A DNA stretch of 5,000 nucleotides, from IMG/VR virus record IMGVR_UViG_2571042870_000016; one strand, given 5' to 3'. The notes beneath the pieces were generated by a model, which was given only the letters and a program-made list of their open reading frames with translations, made no database searches and was not told the DNA's origin. This document shows, in pieces, positions 1-5,000 of the stretch; the stretch's first letter is position 1, and every line of letters begins with the position of its first letter. The DNA is from a virus (Duplodnaviria; Heunggongvirae; Uroviricota; Caudoviricetes). The translations under genes and the position numbers were made by a program.

Positions 1-201
1 ATGGCAAATAACAAACAAAGACATGTTGATGACATGACGGACTATGCTCGCATCAGAGTTGGCTCGAGGGGAGGTGCTTACATACCCTCTGAGGAAATTG
101 CCAATCTCCCTGAAGTCAGGGATATGCAGCAGCGAGCAGCAGCTATAGTAGGACGAGCTGCTAGAGTGCAAACTATGCAAAAAGCAAAGGAAAAGGTTTA
201 G
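1..201 (+). CDS. Small hypothetical protein (66 aa), first gene of an int-adjacent two-gene cassette
   Basis: Seen in sequence: ATG at 1-3, TAG at 199-201. Its 3' end carries the purine-rich AAGGAAAAGG that serves as the RBS for the next gene, which starts 4 nt after the stop, so the two are likely co-transcribed. C-terminal half is Ala/Arg/Gln/Lys-rich and probably helical. No family recognised. The ORF begins exactly at the window edge, so an upstream extension cannot be excluded. Confidence 0.45.
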   Translation: MANNKQRHVDDMTDYARIRVGSRGGAYIPSEEIANLPEVRDMQQRAAAIVGRAARVQTMQKAKEKV

Positions 202-205
202 CTAG

Positions 206-1057
206 GTGATTGCTTTACTACTGATTCCCATTCTTGTTAGCGGCTACATTTTAGTAGTCGCTAATTTATATCATTACTATCAATTGCATCGATACGATGG
301 CCAACTTTTGTATATAAAAGTTGCAGCTCATGGAACAATGAGTGTTGTTTTTGTGATTTTAGCAGCAGTAGTAGTGAAATATTTCTTTCCTAATTTTCAC
401 CCAATAGGAATGCTTTCAGATATTCTTAATGTCAAGAAAATAATAAATGGTAATAAAGCTGAAACATGGCTTGCTTTGATTTCATTATCATCAATTATAT
501 TTTCTTTAATTTGGGTGGCTTTAGTTTGGTTAAAAAATATGTTTTTTGGTTTCTTTTGTGAAAAGAAACATCATGAAAACATCTTTCATGCTAAGAAACT
601 TAGAGTATTAAGAAAAACAATTTCTAACTCAACTTTGGATAGTATGCTTTTAGATGCATTAGAAAGCAGTCCTAAAGAACCGATTCTAATAACCTTATCT
701 TCACGGAAAGTTTATGTTGGTATAGTTAATGGAATTCAAGAACCAACAGAAAGCGAAGCGCCAAATAGTTATATATCAATTTTCCCTATTATGTCAGGCT
801 ATAGAGATAAAGATACTCTTTCCATCACCTTTACGAATTCATATCCATCAGAAGTACTAGTGAGTTCAGCTATTACAATGGACTCCCAAAAAAGGCATAA
901 AGTGAAAAATATGGATATAATATTTCGTGCTGATGAAATTTCTCATCTTTCATGGTTCGATTTTGAACTATTTGAACAAGTCAATGATTCGATGAAGCAC
1001 GATACCATTGACTTGCGAAGTGAGACTTACTCAGGGGAAACTAGCGAAAATTTTTAG
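206..1057 (+). CDS. Hypothetical membrane protein (283 aa): three predicted N-terminal TM helices plus a roughly 170-aa soluble C-terminal domain; AT-rich cargo gene
   Basis: Seen in sequence: GTG start at 206 with AAGGAAAAGG upstream, TAG at 1055-1057. Hydrophobic stretches at about residues 2-22, 44-66 and 88-110, followed by a Lys/Arg/His-rich segment (KNMFFGFFCEKKHHENIFHAKKLRVLRK), which fits positive-inside topology. Hand counts of sample lines give roughly 22-37% GC here against about 48% in the prophage genes. No catalytic motif recognised. Alternative start at internal ATG (Met44) would delete the first TM helix. Confidence 0.6.
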   Translation: MIALLLIPILVSGYILVVANLYHYYQLHRYDGQLLYIKVAAHGTMSVVFVILAAVVVKYFFPNFHPIGMLSDILNVKKIINGNKAETWLALISLSSIIFSLIWVALVWLKNMFFGFFCEKKHHENIFHAKKLRVLRKTISNSTLDSMLLDALESSPKEPILITLSSRKVYVGIVNGIQEPTESEAPNSYISIFPIMSGYRDKDTLSITFTNSYPSEVLVSSAITMDSQKRHKVKNMDIIFRADEISHLSWFDFELFEQVNDSMKHDTIDLRSETYSGETSENF

Positions 1058-2243
1058 TAATTTCAGGTTTCGCTAAAATTTCAGCATGAGGTACACACAC
1101 CCAATCGATATGATTTTTAGTATAAATTTTTGTAGATTTGGCGTCGCTGTGTGCCATGCGGCCTTGCGGATCTATTCCCTGCTGATCGAAAAGGTGTGCC
1201 GCCAGCGCACGGATTTCGTGGAAGGTTGGTCTTTCTTCCATGGGTACATTGTCAAATAGTCTCAACCGATCACGAATTGCGGAAAACGATCTACTTAAAT
1301 AATCTGGGGCAACTTGTGTCGGATGTGAAACCTCTTTGCTTCGTTTAACTTGGCGTTCTGGGATCCTGTGAACGACAAACGGACTTGCCACATTATCTCT
1401 GCTATCGTCAATTATCCGTTTCAACTCTTCACCAATCGGTATTGCAACGTGTGATGCCTCTTTTTTTTGTACTTTCTGCCTATGGATATATAGTGTCCCA
1501 TAAATACCGTTTTTTGGCTGTTCTAACCATACGCACCCGCAGATGCCGTCTTTAGGTTCGCGAATTGAGTAACGGATTCGCGATACTTCGAGTCGTGCAT
1601 GTGTAGTTTGCAATGCTAGATCCATTGCTGTTCTTAACCATGGTGCAGCGGCCTGCCTGATAGCTATAAAATGCTCGAGTGACAGGCGCCGTCTTTTCTT
1701 CTCATCAGTCCTACGCATTTTTTTTCTGATGGCCGGGTTATCCAGCATTAGTGATTCATCGACCGCATAAGAGAACAACTTTTTAAGAAAGCTGACCTTT
1801 CTGTTCTGCACATTTGCGGATGCGCTGGCATGATATTTGTTGATGTAGGTATTAACGTGTTCAAGTTCGATATCGCATGCCGGAACATTTACGAAAAACG
1901 CTTTTACGCGTAGAGCGTCATTTTTCCAGTCATCTAAGGTACTCTGGGAAGGACGTTCGTCTTCGATAATCCGGGTCATTATGTGATCAACATGTTCAGC
2001 AAATGGTTTTGCTTCTCCGATAACACCGCCAGATTCTCTAATAAGATTTTCTACTGATGGAGATAATTCTGGTCTCATCCTCAGGTTGTACTCTCTGGCG
2101 ATTGCAATAGCTATTGCCCTATCCTTACCTATATTTTTCTTCTTTCCGGTAATAAGTGTGAATTTATAAACACCTCGATCTTTATCAAAAATCAGATAAT
2201 CAGGAAGATGTCTGTATTCTTTTTTACGTGGCCTTGCCGCCAT
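1041..2243 (-). CDS. int: Site-specific tyrosine recombinase, lambda Int family (prophage integrase)
   Basis: Seen in sequence: the N-terminus (RPRKKEYRHLPDYLIFDKDRGVYKF...GKDRAIAIAIA) parallels the lambda Int arm-binding domain (RRRSHERRDLPPNLYIRNNGYYCYRDP...GRDRRIAITEA). The catalytic region carries the conserved residues: Arg in TTHARLEV, PTFHEIRALAAHLF (H-x-x-R), RMAHSDAKSTKIYTKNH (His and the nucleophile Tyr). The track ORF runs 1041-2249 from a GTG; I place the start at ATG 2243 because GAGGGG sits 7-8 nt upstream of it, 3 nt after the xis stop. TAG stop at 1043-1041. The gene appears intact. Confidence 0.93.
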   Translation of the reverse strand: MAARPRKKEYRHLPDYLIFDKDRGVYKFTLITGKKKNIGKDRAIAIAIAREYNLRMRPELSPSVENLIRESGGVIGEAKPFAEHVDHIMTRIIEDERPSQSTLDDWKNDALRVKAFFVNVPACDIELEHVNTYINKYHASASANVQNRKVSFLKKLFSYAVDESLMLDNPAIRKKMRRTDEKKRRRLSLEHFIAIRQAAAPWLRTAMDLALQTTHARLEVSRIRYSIREPKDGICGCVWLEQPKNGIYGTLYIHRQKVQKKEASHVAIPIGEELKRIIDDSRDNVASPFVVHRIPERQVKRSKEVSHPTQVAPDYLSRSFSAIRDRLRLFDNVPMEERPTFHEIRALAAHLFDQQGIDPQGRMAHSDAKSTKIYTKNHIDWVCVPHAEILAKPEITKNFR

Positions 2244-2245
2244 GG

Positions 2246-2455
2246 TCACCCCTCGTTTATTAACTTGCGAACAGCTTGACTAACCATTGAGTCGACTCCC
2301 CATTTTTCTGTTTCGCAGACAAAAACAGAACCGTCCACGATGCGTCCCATGAGTAGACCGTTCTCGACCCAACGTTTTATCGTTCGGTTGTCAGGAATTG
2401 AGCCATTAGAGAATTCACGGCGTCCCCATTGGCTCGCTTTCATTAGTTTTGCCAT
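2246..2455 (-). CDS. xis: Excisionase / recombination directionality factor, lambda Xis-like (69 aa)
   Basis: Seen in sequence: lies immediately upstream of int, and its TGA (2248-2246) overlaps the int GTG and sits 3 nt before the int ATG. The motif SQWGRREFSNGSIPDNRTIKRWVENGLLMGRIVDGSVFVCETE parallels lambda Xis QEWNARQRRPRSLETVRRWVRECRIFP...KDGREYLFHESA (W..R...S..T..RWV...DG..F.E). The track ORF starts at a TTG at 2500; I prefer ATG 2455 (MAKLMKAS...) because GGAG lies 8 nt upstream. Confidence 0.8.
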   Translation of the reverse strand: MAKLMKASQWGRREFSNGSIPDNRTIKRWVENGLLMGRIVDGSVFVCETEKWGVDSMVSQAVRKLINEG

Positions 2456-2516
2456 GGCTGTTTCTCCACTTAGCCCGCTGCACTCGGGCAGTAATATCAA
2501 ATTCCAGTCCTGATAA

Positions 2517-2675
2517 TTAATTTTGTTCTCTGGTTGCTACCTGTTTTATTGGCCTGATGCTGTCCAGGATAAGACGGCGACGCATGTTTGGCGCACCCCA
2601 ACGGTAACCAGTCTTTTTGTCGTAGGATTCACAACGTCCGGCAACCCAGGACGTTTCAGTGGAATGTAATTTCAT
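2517..2675 (-). CDS. Possible small protein (52 aa, MKLHSTETSWVAGRCESYDKKTGYRWGAPNMRRRLILDSIRPIKQVATREQN); not in the supplied ORF track
   Basis: Seen in sequence: hand translation of the minus strand gives ATG at 2675-2673 and TAA at 2519-2517. It fills an otherwise gene-free 230-bp gap between the 120-aa gene and xis inside a tightly packed operon. The Shine-Dalgarno is weak (GGTG about 10 nt upstream) and no family is recognised. Confidence 0.3.
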   Translation of the reverse strand: MKLHSTETSWVAGRCESYDKKTGYRWGAPNMRRRLILDSIRPIKQVATREQN

Positions 2676-2730
2676 CCGCTTTTCACCGTCTCGGGTGAGA
2701 TAACAATTCCTGTATGAGTTTTTATCACGC

Positions 2731-3093
2731 TCATTTCTTAGTCTCCGGTGCTTTCGGCATTACTGCCCAGTGAGTGATATTGACGTTTTCAAGGTCCCCG
2801 ACCTGAAATGTCCACTGCCATTCTCCGGTTTCTTTTTGCCCCCATGTGTACCAGAGAGAACGCCAGCCAATCAGCCAGCCTTCTCCACTAGCATCAAATA
2901 ACAGAACACTTTCATTTGCTGGTGGCAGTTCAGCTGACACTGGTATTATTTTGTTTTCCAGTGCCGCACATTTAGCTTCAAGCGCGTTGAATTTACGTAC
3001 CAGGTACTCAGCATTTGTTTCGTTCACTTTCAGATCTCGCGGTACACATCTCCCACGAAGAAACCCTTCCATTTCGAAAACATTCATGCGCAT
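2731..3093 (-). CDS. Prophage early protein, YfdS-like (120 aa) with a Trp-rich C-terminal half
   Basis: Seen in sequence: ATG at 3093 with GGAG 8 nt upstream; TGA at 2733-2731. The start overlaps the upstream HD-protein gene by 10 nt, and an in-frame ATG at 3087 forms ATGA with that gene's stop. C-terminal region GWLIGWRSLWYTWGQKETGEWQWTF is Trp-rich. The YfdS assignment rests on synteny (P-Q-R-S order) and matching length to K-12 CPS-53 from memory, not on sequence recognition. Confidence 0.7.
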   Translation of the reverse strand: MRMNVFEMEGFLRGRCVPRDLKVNETNAEYLVRKFNALEAKCAALENKIIPVSAELPPANESVLLFDASGEGWLIGWRSLWYTWGQKETGEWQWTFQVGDLENVNITHWAVMPKAPETKK

Positions 3094-3620
3094 TTGCGTA
3101 ACTCCGATAACTCGTTAAAGCGTTCCATAAACATCCCGTAGGCATGGCCCGGTGCCAGTGGAATCACGTTGAACATCTCTGTTGCCGGGATACCTTCCAG
3201 TACAGGCCAGAAAGAGCCATCATCAAGCCCGAGATCGCGGCGTTCGGTTGCCAGCATGATGAGATCGGCATATTTCACGGGCGTACTCATAACTGGGGGT
3301 AACCCGTATTTCTCACGGATTACGGCGTCTATTTTTTCTTCCATTTGTTTATAGTCAGGAAGAAGGCGTTTCAGTGGTGCGGGAATGTCCTGGCAATACG
3401 CTTCTGTTGCATCATGCATTAACGCTTCAAAAGCAAATTCCTGCGGCACCAGCTGGCTGCAAAGAACCGCATGTTGGGCGACGCTGTAGAAGTGCGAAAG
3501 ATGACCGGCAAAGCGACAGATATTTGAAAGGGAAACCGCGATATCGTTAATATCGATGTCGTCTTTATTTATCCTGTCATAATAAAAATGCTTCCCGGAA
3601 AAAGTTTTAATAAATGACAT
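3084..3620 (-). CDS. yfdR: HD-domain metal-dependent phosphohydrolase, YfdR-like 5'-deoxynucleotidase (178 aa)
   Basis: Seen in sequence: HD-domain metal-binding motifs are present (GHLSHFYSVAQHAV, ALMHDATEAY, and a downstream Asp in TERRDLGL). The track ORF starts at a GTG at 3647 (187 aa); I place the start at ATG 3620 (MSFIKTF...) because GGAG lies 6 nt upstream, which gives 178 aa and matches the K-12 YfdR length as I remember it. TGA at 3086-3084. Confidence 0.85.
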   Translation of the reverse strand: MSFIKTFSGKHFYYDRINKDDIDINDIAVSLSNICRFAGHLSHFYSVAQHAVLCSQLVPQEFAFEALMHDATEAYCQDIPAPLKRLLPDYKQMEEKIDAVIREKYGLPPVMSTPVKYADLIMLATERRDLGLDDGSFWPVLEGIPATEMFNVIPLAPGHAYGMFMERFNELSELRKCA

Positions 3621-3713
3621 TTTGTTCTCCACGTATATGCGCTGCACCGCGCTGAATTCTGGTAAAAAGAATCCCTCACCATCCTGCGATTATTGAGTAA
3701 ATTACGTTTCCAT

Positions 3714-3735
3714 AAATGCCCCCGCAGGGGCATTT
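3714..3735 (-). terminator. Perfect 9-bp GC-rich hairpin (AAATGCCCC / CGCA loop / GGGGCATTT), 12 nt downstream of the yfdQ-like stop; candidate weak intrinsic terminator or RNA-processing structure
   Basis: Seen in sequence: 3714-3722 pairs perfectly with 3727-3735 around a 4-nt loop. On the minus-strand transcript the stem ends in UUU followed by AUGGAAACG, so there is no full U-tract. It sits in the 127-bp yfdQ-yfdR intergenic spacer. Confidence 0.3.
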
Positions 3736-3747
3736 GCAGTAATGAAA

Positions 3748-4572
3748 TCAGGCGGTGAAAGTACCAATAAAGGTTTCTACTTTGCTGTCCTTGAATTTCT
3801 CAACAAGCAGATCACGAAATTCGTTAGCCATTTCTTCCTGCACCGCCTCCAGCTGAATAATGCGCAGAACCAGTACAGGACGATCGCCAGTGATAATACT
3901 GAGGCGTAATTTAAACGGACGTTCTTTCAGACCTTCAAACGGAACGCATTTAAATTCAAATGCCACTGGCATAATGTCTTTGGTCTTCGCTTCGACAGAC
4001 TCCATCAGGGAGCGTTTGCCGCTGAAGTCATTATCTTCAAAATCAGCGGTCTGGTTTGCTTCAATCGTGATTTTACGGACAGCCGCAGCCGCTTTTGTTG
4101 CCTGAATGGCGTCACCATTAGCATCAAAGCCCACAAGGTAGTCGGCCCAGTCTTCAATCCATTCTGCCAGTGACTTCTGGGAGTTACGCTCGCCGTTAAC
4201 AGACAACAGAGCAGAGAACGGTGCTGTCTTTTTCAGTTTGAGAGTGGCGGTGTTATCTGCGTGACCTGGTTCATCAATAGTACCCAGGTTAAGCACACTG
4301 ACGGCACGCATATTATCGGCATCGATAAAGCAGCGGGTGCCTTCATCTGCAAGAACTTTAGAATAACGGGTAAAGTCATCGATGCTGGCAGTGGAAAGCG
4401 CACCACGGAAACGGAAGCGATTTAAATTAAATTTTTCCAGATCATGAATGCGGAAATTCTCAGGCAATGCCACAGCATCGGCACCAATCTTACTGATAAT
4501 TTCATTAACACCCTGAGCAGAAATAAGGGCATGGATTTGATTAATTGCGGTTGCGTCTAAGTTCTGAGACAT
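3748..4572 (-). CDS. yfdQ: YfdQ-like prophage protein (DUF2303 family, 274 aa)
   Basis: Seen in sequence: ATG at 4572 with GAGGA 6 nt upstream; TGA at 3750-3748. The protein ([28 protein letters not shown]...) and its length match my memory of E. coli K-12 CPS-53 YfdQ, and it sits in the expected position between the YfdP-like and YfdR-like genes. Function unknown. Confidence 0.85.
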   Translation of the reverse strand: MSQNLDATAINQIHALISAQGVNEIISKIGADAVALPENFRIHDLEKFNLNRFRFRGALSTASIDDFTRYSKVLADEGTRCFIDADNMRAVSVLNLGTIDEPGHADNTATLKLKKTAPFSALLSVNGERNSQKSLAEWIEDWADYLVGFDANGDAIQATKAAAAVRKITIEANQTADFEDNDFSGKRSLMESVEAKTKDIMPVAFEFKCVPFEGLKERPFKLRLSIITGDRPVLVLRIIQLEAVQEEMANEFRDLLVEKFKDSKVETFIGTFTA

Positions 4573-4637
4573 AATAAGTCCTCACTATATAAAGATATTC
4601 AGTGATGAGATAAATAATCAGTTTATTACGAACGATA

Positions 4638-5000
4638 TTAACGACCTGCTGCGCGGAGTTTTCCGTCAGGTTCACCGGCAAGAGTCAGTAATTGTCCCTG
4701 GTCTTCCTGCAGAATAGTCAGGCGACCACCGCGATCGACATACATTGGCGTTTCGGTGGTGTCTTCTTCGGAAATTTTCCCGCGGTTAGTCGGGCGAACA
4801 TATGAGAGTTTGTGTTTGATTTTCACACGGTTCTCATCAAACGGTTCGATTTCCAGATTGAGTGAGACCTTCCCTTTGGTTTTCGTGTTCATCACACCGG
4901 AAGCGACTTCACTGAGAACTGCGCCGATTTTGGTTTCAAATACGCCGCCGTCCAGCTCCCCGATAAATGCCTGCACATCAGTACTGCGTTCGCTAGCCAT
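4638..5000 (-). CDS. YfdP-like prophage protein (120 aa)
   Basis: Seen in sequence: ATG exactly at the window edge (5000-4998), TAA at 4640-4638, 65 bp upstream of the yfdQ-like gene on the same strand. The YfdP assignment rests on synteny and length from memory. The RBS and any upstream extension lie outside the window. Confidence 0.7.
   Translation of the reverse strand: MASERSTDVQAFIGELDGGVFETKIGAVLSEVASGVMNTKTKGKVSLNLEIEPFDENRVKIKHKLSYVRPTNRGKISEEDTTETPMYVDRGGRLTILQEDQGQLLTLAGEPDGKLRAAGR

Larger units (their letters stand above)
1041..5000. mobile_element. Lambdoid prophage segment: early-left (pL-like) operon ending in xis-int; the right boundary lies beyond the window and the left boundary (att) is unresolved
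   Basis: Seen in sequence: seven or eight co-oriented, tightly packed or overlapping minus-strand genes ending in a Xis-like and a lambda-Int-like gene, mirroring the lambda pL operon layout (early genes, then xis, then int). Accessory genes resemble the K-12 CPS-53 yfdP-S module. The AT-rich cassette at 1-1057 may be prophage cargo or flanking island DNA. Confidence 0.8.

Noticed and set aside
1-201. AbrB/SpoVT-like (antitoxin-type) assignment for the 66-aa protein, based on RIRVGSRGGAYIPSEEIANL
   Set aside because: Only a short motif resembles the swapped-hairpin fold; the rest of the protein looks helical and the expected second beta-hairpin is missing, so I make no family call.
1151-1348. 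65-aa plus-strand ORF inside the integrase gene
   Set aside because: It lies entirely antisense within a well-supported integrase CDS, has no RBS and no recognisable features; most likely a chance ORF in GC-balanced DNA.
2473-2489. Short hairpin (GCCCG / 7-nt loop / CGGGC) just upstream of the xis RBS
   Set aside because: Only a 5-bp stem with no U-tract; too weak to call a terminator or operator.
2672-2734. 20-aa ORF (MSVIKTHTGIVISPETVKSG) whose ATG overlaps the stop of the 120-aa gene
   Set aside because: Too short to call as a gene from sequence alone; noted only as a possible coupling element.
2846-3118. 90-aa plus-strand ORF antisense to the 120-aa and HD-protein genes
   Set aside because: Antisense to two tightly coupled genes with clear RBSs; Ser/Arg-rich low-complexity translation typical of a spurious antisense frame.
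3169-3354. 61-aa plus-strand ORF antisense to the HD-domain gene
   Set aside because: Embedded antisense in a CDS with conserved HD motifs; no independent support.
1041-3647. Identification as the E. coli K-12 Rac prophage left end (intR-xisR-ydaC-ralR-recT-recE)
   Set aside because: The genes upstream of xis-int are an HD-domain protein and YfdQ/YfdP/YfdS-like proteins, not RalR, RecT or RecE. The 120-aa protein has no CxxC Lar/RalR-type motif. The integrase is called only at the lambda Int family level.
3860-4105. 81-aa plus-strand ORF antisense to the yfdQ-like gene
   Set aside because: Embedded antisense in a confidently called CDS; Arg/Ser-rich composition suggests a chance ORF.
4579-4589. 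Sequence resembling a lambda Int arm-type site (CCTCACTAT against consensus CAGTCACTAT) in the yfdP-yfdQ spacer
   Set aside because: Single copy, far from int and from any plausible att region, and it overlaps the yfdQ-like RBS; probably coincidental.
4573-4637. Possible internal sigma70 promoter (TTTATC, 17 nt, TATATA) upstream of the yfdQ-like gene
   Set aside because: Poor -35 match and the -10 sits almost on the RBS; co-transcription from an upstream promoter is simpler.
1-5000. CRISPR arrays, tRNA or rRNA genes, IS elements
   Set aside because: No regularly spaced direct repeats, no tRNA-like sequence next to the integrase, and no transposase-like ORF or terminal inverted repeats were seen.

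Overview
This window is the integrase-proximal arm of a lambdoid prophage with E. coli-like composition; it contains no rRNA, tRNA or CRISPR. Positions 1041-5000 are a single minus-strand, lambda pL-style early-left operon: YfdP-like (120 aa), YfdQ-like DUF2303 protein (274 aa), YfdR-like HD-domain 5'-deoxynucleotidase (178 aa), YfdS-like protein (120 aa), a possible 52-aa ORF missing from the track, Xis-like excisionase, and a lambda-Int-family tyrosine integrase. Gene ends are tightly packed or overlapping, consistent with translational coupling. Positions 1-1057 are a convergent plus-strand two-gene cassette: a 66-aa protein followed 4 nt later by a strongly AT-rich 283-aa protein with three predicted N-terminal transmembrane helices, whose last 17 nt overlap the integrase 3' end. 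I recognise neither cassette protein, and this is my best candidate for an uncharacterised accessory system (phage exclusion, abortive infection or lysogenic conversion). Family names (YfdP/Q/R/S, lambda Int, lambda Xis) come from memory of the E. coli K-12 CPS-53/KplE1 prophage and lambda, not from a search. Start codons were chosen by hand from Shine-Dalgarno context and differ from the ORF track in three places.
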